Positions 1 to 11,753 are shown, counted from the stretch's first letter. The stretch is DNA of 64,000 bases from Nemertoderma westbladi (GCA_032718475.1 JAUCBJ010003070.1:62001-126000), one strand, 5' to 3'. Numbers and translations: made by a program. The notes: a model not told the origin generated them from the sequence alone.

Positions 1-790
1 GCGTTTCTTATGATTGGGGGAACACATGACACTGCTCGAAGATTTTCGGAGGTGATGGAAATGTCAAATCCTGTCAATCATAGTCGCTGGTGAGTTACTC
101 TTAGGCGAATTACTGATGCTGTTAGAAACCTGGCGATTGGTAATTGTTACAATGAAGCTCAGAAGCTGCGTAATAAGTATGGGGCAGATACAGGTAACCC
201 TATCTCTGGTAATAGTGAGTCAATATATAATGTATCTGTTACTTTTGATGCCACTTGGCAGAAACGTGGGCATATGTCCCTTTACTGTGTGGCCTATGTG
301 ATGTCTGCTGATACCGGCGCAGTTCTAGATATTTTTGTTGTCAGCAAATCATGTTATATTTGCCGCCATTATTCTAAACTTTGTACTATACACGTACCGC
401 AACATAATTGTGACATAAATTTCCGTGGCAGTAGCAATGCCATGGAAACTTTTGCTGCGAAGCAACTTTGGGCAAGATCCATTGAAAGGAACAAGTTGCG
501 ATATACAGAGCTGCTAAGCGATGGAGACAGAGATTTTCAAAGAGCTCCGAGAGAACCCTCCATATGGCATCGAGCACCCAGTAAAGAAATATGAGTGTAT
601 TAACCATATCGCTAAACGAGTAACCAATGGCCTTGAATCAGTCCGTAAAGAAAAAAAGGATCGGTGGTGTGAATGGGCTCTCTCAGCCACGGATCAGACA
701 ACTAGCCAGTTATTACCGGAACACTGTTGTTCACCATGTCTCTTCTGTAGACTACCGAACAATAGAGAACCTCATTGACACCATAATACG
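1..790 (+). pseudogene. DDE transposase, 5' part (Mutator-like / Kolobok-Hydra type), frameshifted and interrupted by an LTR element
   Basis: Translated motifs FDATWQKRGH (from ~244), VLDIFVVSKSC, HNCDINFRGSSNAME, LSDGD and KYECINHIAKR, spread over three frames. The start lies upstream of the window. Confidence 0.85.
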
Positions 791-1958
791 TGTTCGCGCT
801 TTTAAGACCTTTGGCAGTTTAACCCGCCAAATCTATATGTCTTCTAGGTTATAAATCGACTTTAGCCTATGACAAGTATTTGACACAAATAAATCCAACA
901 TTAGCCGAAGCCAGTCTATGCGCGACCATTCACCCGCTGGATATACCCGGGGGACTGGATTTGGATGCTTTAATTTGATTGTGGTGCAGGCCTACCGTAC
1001 TATTCGATTGATCGTTAATATAATTCCTGACAAATATCATTCACTTTCGGGAAATATTAGCAGTTCCTTTAGGACGTGGCGCTCTATCTATATAAACAGA
1101 GCTATGGCTTACACTAAACACAACGGAATGGATTATAAGTTACACATAAGGCGCATTCTTTAGGAGATGCTTTGTTACGCGGACAAGCACATACAGACTA
1201 TTGCACACCGCTGCACACTGAATTGCCGATAGTCACTGATTTTAATCATACATAAAGAGAATAGCAACCGACATTTGTAGGGCCTATAAAATAGCATTCA
1301 ATTCACTACAAACCACGATAATATAAGTCGCAATTGCTATGTGTAGCCGGTCTCTCTAACCTTAGTGTATCAAGAAGATCGGGGTTTCTGATCGTTTATC
1401 GTTATTCTCCAAATAACAATATGTAAACAACCGATACAATTAATAACAAACAGCAAATAGCTGTAAATAATGTGCAATACGTACCGTACCGTTATGTGTT
1501 CTTAGTGTCTCGTACCGCTGTACCGGTAACAGTTATGTGTTCTTATAATTAAAGCCGTTCTAATGTTGGAATAATTCAGAATAATTCCATAGCCGATGTT
1601 CATGGCATCAGGAAAACCAACACACTGAACCCTGTGAGCTGTTGCAGGTAGCTTTCAACACAAAGAGGAAAGGCTCTCATTGGCAGAGTTCCATATTCCA
1701 CAGATTCCACGAATGTCTAAATGCCAAACCTCCCTAGCCTTTGCAGCCCATAGCCAACACAAGGCTAAATCGCTCTGATTGGTCGATCATTGTTCTGATT
1801 GGTTAATCGAACAGAACAAAGAGGCCATACGTACAGCAAATCAGCCAACCAGCGGGCAGATTGTGCCACTAGAAGCAACAGTTTAGAGGATTTGAGCGAA
1901 TGGGGGAAAACTGGATTACAAATGGAAAAGGCCAGTTATATCCCCAAAAGCTTTTACA
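791..1958 (-). repeat. 3' LTR of BEL/Pao element 1
   Basis: Near-identical to 11765-12932 (about 11 mismatches by eye). On the minus strand it is preceded by the purine-rich tract GGGAGCGG (1959-1966, putative PPT). Confidence 0.95.
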
Positions 1959-2036
1959 CCGCTCCCAGAAAATGGGATTTAATTATATAAAATATAAAAA
2001 ATCACAGTTTCTAAAATATAAAAATACTCTAAACAG

Positions 2037-3560
2037 TTAGTCTTTCTTGCGCGGACGGCGTTTACGCAGTTTCTTGAGGCTAGCAAGAGTCCTTTTCTCT
2101 TTTGGGGCGAGCCACTTTACTAGGAGGGCTATAACTCCTGGGTGAAGGGTGCAATACAATTGCATCAGAAGGTTTAAGGTTACGGTCGGTGTCTCGTCCA
2201 TTTCGATATGCTTCTTCTCGAGCTGATTTTCCTCCGCTTGTAGCTGGATACGTTCATCCAAAAACTCTCGCAGAGAATAGGATCGTCCAAGTTCGATAAC
2301 TTCTTAGAGATTCTGGATTTCCCGATCGAACTGAGATATAGTTACTTTGTTTACCGCTTGGACTTGCTAGTGCAATTTACGTTTATCTGAACAAGCGTAA
2401 GTTCCTTTTCTGATCTTTGTAGAATAGCGTCTAACTCATTTGGTACAACGCTCTCCGCCACTTTGGTGACAGGTTATATTGTGTTAAGCCGGGACGATGG
2501 TAAGGGTTAAACGGCGATATTAAATGTCTGCGTCCCAATCCGGCTAGGCAGGATAGGCTAATATCTAGGAAGCCCACAACCGGGGTGCCACCGACTAATC
2601 GTTCAGGTAACACTAGATCTTTGAGTAGTGAGTACAGCTCGGGAGGATCCGTCATACTAATAGGATCAAGAGTCTGAGGTCTCACTAGGGAATGAGGAGA
2701 TCTGATCGAGTATTCCGAAACTCTGATCATTGGTTTATTTAAGGATCGTCTGAGTCGAACGAGCGTAGGTGATACATCGAACAAGTTTCGCTCGAAACTC
2801 CCGTAAATATAGCGAGTAAAACTGTGTTTAAAGCAACGTCTCCGCGGATGTTTATGTCTTTCCGTTTGTTGGTTGGGTCTTGGGCATTCATCGCAATAAT
2901 ACCAAAAACGCACGTCTTGTAGGGGAAACGCGAGTGATCCTTCTCCAGCTTACAATATTCCTCCATCCGCTCGAAGCTATCCGGTACAACAGGCAGCGGT
3001 CGATCAGCGGCCAGACACACCACAGTGGAACAAAGCCGTTTGAATTCTACCTTGCGGTCATGATGCATACCTTGAGGATATCGAGTTTCTAGATTCTGTT
3101 GACTGGTAATATCGAGATAGGTTTCTCTCAAGAATTCCAGGTATTTGGTGAAGTCGCTGCGTTTATCCGGCTCTTCAACATCTGCACTTTCGAGTCGGTT
3201 TCGAATAGAATTTTCGTGTTCGAGTCTCAGTTTATCGCTCCTCTTCCGCTGGGTATGATATTTAAATAAACCCATTTCCCTTTTGGTGTCTATATCGTTC
3301 GTATCGTGTAGGTCGATAGGATGACCAGTAGTTAAGAAGTCCATATACGTACCATTACGAAGCGTATAGCGAGCGGTGAATTTTCTACAGTCCAATCCAC
3401 GCGCAAGTTGCTCCCGGGACACTGGCGGTTAGATATAACGACCACTGTCCTCCGTAGTAGTTGGACCAGCGTCGCCGCGTATCAAGCTATCAACAAATGC
3501 CTGTAAAGGTAGAGTATATCGCTCCCTGATACCAAGATCATCTTCTATCAACTCAGCCAT
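2037..3560 (-). pseudogene. Degraded extra ORF of unknown function in the env position of BEL/Pao element 1
   Basis: ATG at 3560 (MAELIEDDLG...) is in frame with the 227-aa ORF 2739-3422 through one TAA. It continues by apparent frameshifts into the 160-aa (2431-2913) and 74-aa (2037-2261) ORFs. No signal peptide or TM segment seen. Confidence 0.6.
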
Positions 3561-4394
3561 ATCTGCTATATGAGTTTATTAATATTATAATGAGTTTATA
3601 TTTAGGCTAGCGGGCGTCGCTACCTACCCCTCTCTGCCCCCGGACAGTGCAAGATCCTCAGCGCTGGTGTACTTTCGTCGATGTGCCTATCGCCAACGTC
3701 GTAGCTGCACAACGACTACAACAACCAGCACAAGTCACTCCACCGTCCGTCCCAAAGGCTTAGATATACTTCAGGTTCTTACTGGAGAGTTAGGGCTACT
3801 TTCACAATTGCGACTCGCTACTGTAAACACACCTTAGTAGTAACATTCACCTACAAACGCACAAATTCCACGTAACTGTCACAAATGGTACACATTCTAT
3901 CACACATTCGGGTCATTTGTCCGTTAGTCAAGTGCCTTCCAGAATGTCACGTTGTTATTATGTATCCTTGGATACTAGCGGTGTGCTATTTATTCCGTAT
4001 GCTATTCAATGGGGCAAGCCTTCTATTGTTCTTTTAACTCACTTCTAATTCTAGCGTGGTTGTTGCCATGGTGACATTATGGAAAGCTAGCGGTAGAATT
4101 AGGGTAATTCTCATGCATACAGATCTGGGATGCTATTTAATAGTAATTCTTTAATTGTCAATATTCTCTCTATATATGATTTTATGAAATTTTATCGGCT
4201 ATTGACTATATATTGGAGATTCTCGCACACAAATACACTTAATAGAGTGAATCTCCGCTCCCATGATCTATTAATTAATGGAATTTTGGGAATGTGATAA
4301 ATTGTATAAAATGACAATTTATTAAATTCATTGAAATATATGAATTTAAATTTATTCCCGTAAATTTTATTATTTAATGTTAAATAGATGTAAT

Positions 4395-4680
4395 TTTATT
4401 CCAGAACGTGTCTGGGGACTGGGATCCTAGATTCTAGGAATTTTGTCCTTTTAAGAGTATCGGTAAGTGCTACGATATCTTAATCGACTAGAATTTTAAA
4501 GGATCTAAAATTTGACAGATTTTGTAAATATTAATAATTAATATTTAGGATGGGCACCAGTTTATTCCAGAACTTGTCTGGGGACGTTAACCACTGATTC
4601 TAGAATTTGTCTTTCAAGTATATCGGTGGGTGCCGCGATATCTTAATCGACTAGAATTACAGATGGTCAAAGGGTTTAAC
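4395..4680 (+). repeat. Two diverged ~110-bp repeats (166-bp spacing) with conserved hairpin structure
   Basis: Both copies share TTATTCCAGAAC.TGTCTGGGGAC, ATTCTAG...CTAGAAT and TATCGGT..GTGC..CGATATCTTAATCGACTAGAATT. Confidence 0.75.
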
Positions 4681-5205
4681 AGCTTTATTTTGCGTTATAC
4701 GATACTGTTAAAAGGACATCACGCTACTATATGTATTATTTAATATACGGTATGAGAGCAATATTGCACGAAGCAATGTCAGTGAGAAGAGGCAAGTCGT
4801 TTCCAAGGTCTACCCAGAGCTTGGTTTAGCCGAGACACGAGGATCTGAACTTTGCATTCCTAATACTCTGCTTACCAATAATACTTAAATATAGTAGGAG
4901 CTTTATTGTACTTTAATAAGTACGGATATTTCATCTTACTGTAGTCACGTATTTATAATATGATACGGACAGTAAGGAAAGAGAAAAATAATTATTTCTC
5001 GCCGTCGCACTAAATATAATATACAAGTAATTAAGTAATAAACACTAATATATTGCACTAATCTACTAAATAATCGCTAAATAACATTTGACTAAATAAA
5101 ATTAAAGAAAACGATTATAATAAAATTACATAATAATACATACATAATATAAAATAATAAAAATAAATATAAAATAATATAGTCACATACCCACTCCGTA
5201 TGTTG

Positions 5206-5598
5206 TTACGTTATGGAGTCCCTAGATATTTGTTGGATTAGGGAGGTGGTCGTGGGAAGAGTATCTTGCCTTCCATAGTTTCCGGACAGTTTTCGGTTTC
5301 TTTCCAGTAAACATAAACGACCAGCTGGGCGATTGAGTTGTTGTGTTACTTTCTCCGCTCCCTTGGCCTGTCTAATCTTCGCCGGGTTAAGATGGGGAGG
5401 CCATTCATCTTCTTTACTTAGGAAGTCGGGTTCACCTAACCAGTCTGGAGTATCTGTCAGTTCTTGAGGAGTTGCTCCTCTGGAGGCGATGTCGGCTAGA
5501 TTGATCGTCTCGGGGCAATGTCTCCATTGATCTACATTGGAGTTGATGTCGTCATTATCTGAGGAGTATGGTGTTCCCTCAGTTGGGTCGTCAACCAT
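5206..5598 (-). pseudogene. pol: Fused remnant of BEL/Pao RNase H C-terminus and integrase C-terminus
   Basis: WRHCPETINLADIASRG...WLGEPDFL...EWP (RNase H end) is joined directly to RPAGRLCLLE (the terminal integrase motif of BEL elements). Confidence 0.8.
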
Positions 5599-8500
5599 TT
5601 TCCATCGCTACCATTTTTACTGACCTTATGCTGTGTTCTCCTAGTTCATCCTGGGGGGTGGACAACGCGCCTACATAATAATCCGCTATTACGGTAGATT
5701 TCCAAACCTGCATAATTCCTGACATGTTTAGCTTAGTTCGGAACTTGGGTTGTCCAGCAAAGATGTCTTCGGCTAGTTCTTTGTCGATGAATGTTCCTGT
5801 GCTACCGGAGTCAAGGAGGGCGTTCACTATATAACTCCTTGTAGGTCCGTGGACCCTTAACTGTACAACAGGAAATTCTCGGATTCCTATATTGGAAGTT
5901 GGTGCTTTCCAAGATGGTTGTCTGTCAGAAGTAGTTAGGGGGAGCTCGCTGTCGGTGTCCTTTTCATACGTAAGTGCTCGATACACTGCGGTATTTGTCA
6001 GGTAACAGGATTCGTTTTCGTCGGAGAATTCGTCCGTATAGAATCCTTCCATCTCAGAATATTGGTCAGTGTCGTTCACATCACTGAATTGGACATGTAG
6101 TTCGGACTCACTTACCTGACTCGGGCTGTTTCGTTCGAATTCCGTGTGCAACAAGATATGATGTTTTGCGCCGCACTTTGCACACCTTGCGTCGGAGTAA
6201 CAGGTTCGCCATTGGTGTCCTCGTCTGAGGCAATTATAACATAGCCGCTTATCCCACATGACTTCACGTCTATCCTTTAATGATTTCTTCAGGAATTCAT
6301 CACACGTATTCAAACAGTGGGTCCCGTCACATAGCGCACATTTCGGTTTGATGTTACTTACCTTATTTTGAATAACAGTGTGCACACTCGTTCTTTCTTC
6401 GGGCTTTCTCACCTGGATTCTCTTGGGAGACCGAGGAGGAGTTTTTCTTACCTGTTCTCTCCTGTCATTGGTTCGAGACTTGAATTTACTTACCTGTTCT
6501 TTAGGCGTTTTATTGACATAATAAGATCTTTCAGTGTCTTTCCCGCTATCCTCTCCTTGAGAAGTCTGGCTTTCGCCGTCGTCTGTATAACACACTGGTG
6601 TTACCTTTCTCCTAGAGACGGGTTTCTCACTTACCTTGTTTTCCGGTGTCTTCTCTCTGGACTGCTTTATGAGCTGTAATTTCACTTCGCCATCCAAGAA
6701 TGACATGAGATCAGCCATGGTAGGGTCTCGTTGTTGTTGTTCCATCATATATAACACTTTCTTGTCCCAGCGTGTACCTACTCCACCCTTCGGTAAAGTA
6801 GAAGCCACTGCTCTAATAACCATAGCACTCTGATACTCATGAGACTTACCTAGCCAATCTAATTGTCTGCAGATCTCCTGAATCTCATCGGAAAACTCTA
6901 TAATCCCGCTGCTAATAAACTTTCGGGGCGCTACCAACTTTGCATACAAATACCCAGCTATGTTATTCCTATTACCATACCTGATGTTTAGTGTATCCCA
7001 AACTTGTCTTAATCCGTCTGGATGTCCAATAAACTTTAACGCCATTAACTTGGGAGATCCTTCCAAGCACTCGATGAGGGATCTAAGTTTCTCTCCATTA
7101 GATAGCACAGAGTTCTGTATGTTATCTTTGTAATATTCATTAAAAGGTAACCATTTCATCTCATCTCCATTGAACTTGACTATCTCTCCCACCTTTACCG
7201 CTTGGCGGGCTTCGGTTCTAGCCATTTGACGCGTAAAACTTTCTTGGGCCATCGTGTTATTTAATATCGAGTTATCGGTATATAAATTTCTCGGATTATG
7301 ATCAAGTCTATAGGGAATATCACTATCAACAGGTCTATAATTACCCTTAATAGGGTTTACTATAGGAGTTTCTACTTCGCTAGCAGTATAGATGCGTGTA
7401 GGCTCCACACCTTGCGCATGAGATACTTCAGACCTAACGGGTTGACATATTGTTACAGAGGGTGGTGATATACCCTTTTGTAAATTTACTAATTTATCGC
7501 GTTCTAGCGCGATACTTTGCTGCACTTCTTGCAACTCTAACCTACTTTCCTTTACGGTTCCCTTTAACTGTTGAACAGTCCCTTCTAACTCTCGGACCTG
7601 TTGGGGGGAGCGCACTCGATTCTCCTTCATCTCTCCGAGGAGAATGTCCATCTCCCGCCGTCTCTCATTTACCCAATCAACCGCAGAAGCGGGATCCGCC
7701 AACGTCGTAGCGGGCAGACGAGGGACTACGGGCGATATATCCTTTATATTTCGCTCGGAGTCCAGGACCGACACTGTTTCAGGGGTTGTTCCTCTAGGCA
7801 CAGATAATTTGGTGCTGTGTAAAGGGAATTTAAAGGTGGGTTCTGGGAGCACAGGTGTCTCTATCACCGAAGGGGTGATTTCAAGAACAGGCCTAATTAT
7901 TTCAGGCTCATCTACTATAGTAGGGAGTCTTTCTATTTTAATTATTTGGTCTGTGGGTTCTGTACTACCTAAATCTGTGTTAGTTAGTTGCCTTCTAACA
8001 GCTGGGGGCAAATCAGGCAATTTTTGATGGTGAGATGTTCTTCTACGCCTACTTAGACGAGATCTATTTCCTCCGCCTTCAGGATTGGTGGTATCGCCTT
8101 CCTCAGATGATGTATAACCTTGTCTTTTGGGAGTAGATCTATTCATCATCTGCATATTACTAGCTGTTAACTGTTTACTGAAGTTGTCTTGCTTCTCTTG
8201 AAGATTTTCCAACTCTAGTTGGGTTGTCTCTTCAGATGCCCTCCGTTCTGCTTCTGCCACTGCTATTTTTGCCTCTGCCGCTGCTATTTTTGCCTCTGCA
8301 GCTGCTTCTGCCACTGCCGCCTTTCTTTCTGCTTCTGCCACTGCTGCTGCCGCTGCTGCTATCTTTCTGTCTTCTATACGTTTTTTCTTTACTTGTTCTT
8401 CTTGAACCTTAGCGATGCGGATGCTTTCATTGAATTTAGCTTGGTTCGCAGCTAACCTATCCACATTGATTGCGTCCAACACACGCTGGGCTCCTTCACT

Positions 8501-9568
8501 ATTAGGGCTAAGCCCCTCTAGTCTTCTCCTCAACTCTTCATCTCCTACAAAACGTTGATAGTCCGACAGATAGATGTCAATGGCATCCCTCTTATGCGGC
8601 TTCTCTGCCGTCGCTTCACTTTCCACTTGGGAAAAAGGAGCGTCTGTTGATTCTCCATGGGTTGAGCGCTCATCCAGTTGGGCTTTCCACTGAGTCGTTC
8701 CTTGCACCTGGAGGCTCACCCGTTGAAACCAAGTCTTTACGGCAACTTGCAACGACGTGTCTTGTCTTCTTTTAGAAGCCTCCTCAAAGGCCGATAAAAT
8801 TAGCCTGATTCGTAAAATTCTTTCTCTAACTTGATAAAGCAGCTGTCCCTGCTCTTGAGGTCCTTGGGGTTGTTGAAACAGTTGTTTTTCTAATCGCTCC
8901 ATGGAGCTGAAGAATCCCTGTACGTATCCGGCTGCGGACCTCTTCCACACAGCTGGATCGACGGTTTCCTTGGTTACTCCCATCCTGTGTATATCTTCCC
9001 AGGCAGCTTCTGATAAATCAAACGGGAGTCCGGGTCCGGGGAAGTTCCATTGCGACTCGACAATAGACTTCAGTTCTTCCCTTGTATATCCCGCATAACT
9101 ATCTTTAGTCGATCGCTTACTTCTCGCCCAATCGATCTGGTGTTCTTCCACCGCAATCAATAACCTAGTGAGTACGGCTGCAGGAAGGATGAGAAGGGGA
9201 TCCAAATAAACCGCATCCGTCATCTTTGCTCCGCGCTCGGGTGTCAGCTCTACAGTATCCTCACTACTGGAGCTGTCGGGCCGTTGAGAAATAAGTTCTT
9301 GGCTCGCGGGTTGTTGTTGTTCCGCTGCTTCTTGGTCCCGCTTGACCTGAGCTCTAGTGCCTATGATAGACCTACGGTGTTGGACTAGCCTAGGGTCTGA
9401 TATTACTACTGTAGGGAGGGCCTTTCTTACAGTAGGAGGGGACTTAGACTTTGGTCTGGGATGTTCTATACTTTGATCTTGATCACAGATCTTTTTAAGA
9501 CACTGTCTAACAGTAATTCTAACACTCTCTATGAGACTATCTGACAGTGTTTGTTGTGAGTCAGACAT
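5591..9568 (-). CDS. gag: BEL/Pao Gag-protease polyprotein (1325 aa) with a long N-terminal extension
   Basis: Coiled-coil AEA repeats; capsid-like DUF1759 region (FNGDEMKWLPF...KLRSLIECLEG...RYGN); three Cys/His knuckles (CALCDGTH, CYNCLRRGHQWRTC, CAKCGAKHH); aspartic protease LLDSGSTGTFI. Confidence 0.92.
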   Translation of the reverse strand: MSDSQQTLSDSLIESVRITVRQCLKKICDQDQSIEHPRPKSKSPPTVRKALPTVVISDPRLVQHRRSIIGTRAQVKRDQEAAEQQQPASQELISQRPDSSSSEDTVELTPERGAKMTDAVYLDPLLILPAAVLTRLLIAVEEHQIDWARSKRSTKDSYAGYTREELKSIVESQWNFPGPGLPFDLSEAAWEDIHRMGVTKETVDPAVWKRSAAGYVQGFFSSMERLEKQLFQQPQGPQEQGQLLYQVRERILRIRLILSAFEEASKRRQDTSLQVAVKTWFQRVSLQVQGTTQWKAQLDERSTHGESTDAPFSQVESEATAEKPHKRDAIDIYLSDYQRFVGDEELRRRLEGLSPNSEGAQRVLDAINVDRLAANQAKFNESIRIAKVQEEQVKKKRIEDRKIAAAAAAVAEAERKAAVAEAAAEAKIAAAEAKIAVAEAERRASEETTQLELENLQEKQDNFSKQLTASNMQMMNRSTPKRQGYTSSEEGDTTNPEGGGNRSRLSRRRRTSHHQKLPDLPPAVRRQLTNTDLGSTEPTDQIIKIERLPTIVDEPEIIRPVLEITPSVIETPVLPEPTFKFPLHSTKLSVPRGTTPETVSVLDSERNIKDISPVVPRLPATTLADPASAVDWVNERRREMDILLGEMKENRVRSPQQVRELEGTVQQLKGTVKESRLELQEVQQSIALERDKLVNLQKGISPPSVTICQPVRSEVSHAQGVEPTRIYTASEVETPIVNPIKGNYRPVDSDIPYRLDHNPRNLYTDNSILNNTMAQESFTRQMARTEARQAVKVGEIVKFNGDEMKWLPFNEYYKDNIQNSVLSNGEKLRSLIECLEGSPKLMALKFIGHPDGLRQVWDTLNIRYGNRNNIAGYLYAKLVAPRKFISSGIIEFSDEIQEICRQLDWLGKSHEYQSAMVIRAVASTLPKGGVGTRWDKKVLYMMEQQQRDPTMADLMSFLDGEVKLQLIKQSREKTPENKVSEKPVSRRKVTPVCYTDDGESQTSQGEDSGKDTERSYYVNKTPKEQVSKFKSRTNDRREQVRKTPPRSPKRIQVRKPEERTSVHTVIQNKVSNIKPKCALCDGTHCLNTCDEFLKKSLKDRREVMWDKRLCYNCLRRGHQWRTCYSDARCAKCGAKHHILLHTEFERNSPSQVSESELHVQFSDVNDTDQYSEMEGFYTDEFSDENESCYLTNTAVYRALTYEKDTDSELPLTTSDRQPSWKAPTSNIGIREFPVVQLRVHGPTRSYIVNALLDSGSTGTFIDKELAEDIFAGQPKFRTKLNMSGIMQVWKSTVIADYYVGALSTPQDELGEHSIRSVKMVAMENG

Positions 9569-9699
9569 GTTTGATTGTACAGTTGAATGCCTACTGCTAT
9601 ATTACAGTTAAAGCAAGTCTAGTAATTCAGTATCACTGTTAGCCTAGTAATTAATTACCGATATCATTACTCTATGTAGCGTGATATATATATAATATA

Positions 9700-9960
9700 T
9701 TAGAATACCGGTATGCTTATAGTATATATAAGTATTATTACAGACTAGGTTTGTCACAGAATACCGGTAGGTAATTTCAGCACAAATATATATAAATATA
9801 TAATAGGCCTATCGTGAATACCGGTATACAGCTTACACTTATAATGTATATATATAAGTATAATTACAGACTAGAATTAATTACAGAATACCGGTATATA
9901 ATTTAGCCTAAATTTATAGAAATAAATATAATAAGCCTATTGTAAATACCGGTATGTCAA
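9700..9960. repeat. Degenerate AT-rich tandem repeats carrying ATACCGGTA in the 5' leader of element 1
   Basis: Five recurring (GA)ATACCGGTA motifs at roughly 55-70 bp spacing with similar flanks. Confidence 0.55.
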
Positions 9961-10908
9961 TTATTTTAGAATAATTGAATTTCTGAATTTTAGGGGTTAC
10001 TTGGTTACTTTACTTACTTTATTACCGTTATTTGAGCAGTAGTCCAACTGATATTGAGACCTAATTGTTGTATGGCAGGCCTACTATTTATAAATCGTTT
10101 GAGTTGATTTATAATATATATATACCCGTTTAATGGGTTTTGTCAATATTTGAAATAAATGTTATTATTTCTGGGGGGAGTCACTACACAGAAGCTGTGC
10201 GCTCTCAGTGAAGTGCTACTTGTTGGACACTAAAACAAATAATTCTAATTTACCTAAGTTACTTAATACTACAAATTACGTACAATTCGGGGTGAGATTA
10301 CAATCTCTAAATAAACACAAAAATTACAAGTACGAATTTTTAGGGTAATTTTACAAGAAGTCTACTAACCAGCCTAACAAAGGGTTAGAATATCTGGTTA
10401 TTACAACGGACAGGTTACTACGGTATTTGAAAATAATAAGTAGTAGTAAATATACTGCGTTGTCCAGATAGGAAAATACCACCGTCTGACGACTTATAGC
10501 CGTATCGCTATAAGTACTACGTTATGTATCACGGAGTGTTCCTACCCAGAAGTGAATTACCGCGGTCTACCAGAACCAACGTGCCTATTAACCACTTTAC
10601 AACACAAATATACTGCCTACACACTAATCACCTTCGGAAAGCACTGTACACTAAACCCTAAATTAGGTACAAGTACTTGTACAACAAATAATCAGTAGTT
10701 AAAATACTTGAACAGCTAAAAGAACCACGGTATCTGCCGGAGTGACCAAAGCACAAAATCTCCAGTCTTTACCTACGCCAAGCAGCCCTGATGTAGTACC
10801 GGGGTTAGTTTAACTGTAACGGTATGTATAACAAACACAATTACTGTAGGAATAATCTTGGGGATATGAATATTGCGAATAATCGCATAAACTCTGAATA
10901 ATAAATAT

Positions 10909-11475
10909 TACGCTACGCGTACAGACTACTCAAACAAAATGCAGACCAAATACTACAGACTACTATCAAGCCTAAACAAACTACGGTATATGCAGACTCC
11001 GAAATGGTTAGTTAGTATGCGTTCTAACCTAGTAGTACGACTTATTCTTTCAGAGGGGGTTTACCTCACAGCACTGGAAGCCCCTACGTTCCCAACTGGC
11101 ACTTTATCGGACATACACTCTACACACACCGAAATTTCCTCAGACCTAACAACAGCCAGACAACTATCCAGCCTACAAATTATCTAAATAAGAATTATAC
11201 GCTACCTGTACAGACTACACAAACAAAGTACAGACCAAACGATGGCAGACTACTATCAAGCCTAAATAAACTACAGTATATGCAGACTCCAAAATGATTA
11301 GTTAGTATGCGTTCTAACCTAGTAGTACGACTTATTCTTTCAAAGGGGGTTTACCTCACAGCACTTGAAGCCCCTACGTTCCTAACTAGCACTTTATCGG
11401 ACAGATGCTCTACACACACTGCAATCCGTTCAGACTTAACAACAGTTAGACAACAGTCTAGCCTACAAATTGTCT
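10909..11475. repeat. Tandem duplication (~290-bp unit, 2 copies) in the 5' leader of element 1
   Basis: Both copies contain ACAGACTAC...GTTAGTATGCGTTCTAACCTAGTAGTACGACTTATTCTTTC...AGCCTACAAATT. Confidence 0.85.
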
Positions 11476-11753
11476 GTACAATCTGAGCAGGCTTACACGC
11501 CTTCTGCTCAATATTGGCCTACAAATAAATAAAAACTGACAGAAATAAGTAAAATCTCAATAAAAAACCAGGGCTGCAGTCCCTGATTAATTATTAAAGA
11601 ATAGTATAGAAAGGTATATAATTATCAAATCGAATAATACTGCTGTACTTGTACTGTTGTAAGTACCGGTCCGGGTGATCAGGCAGTCAGGCCTACTGGT
11701 TACCGGTCGACCGGTACTATCAACTTGATTGCTTACGCCGCAATCAAGAAGCT

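Noticed and set aside
918-1990. Short ORFs in the LTRs (81 aa and 63 aa, repeated at 11892 and 12773)
   Set aside because: They recur only because the LTR is duplicated, and they show no protein motifs.
4395-4680. Assignment to HDV-like, twister, pistol or hatchet ribozyme classes
   Set aside because: The required conserved core elements are missing; kept only as an unclassified structured motif.
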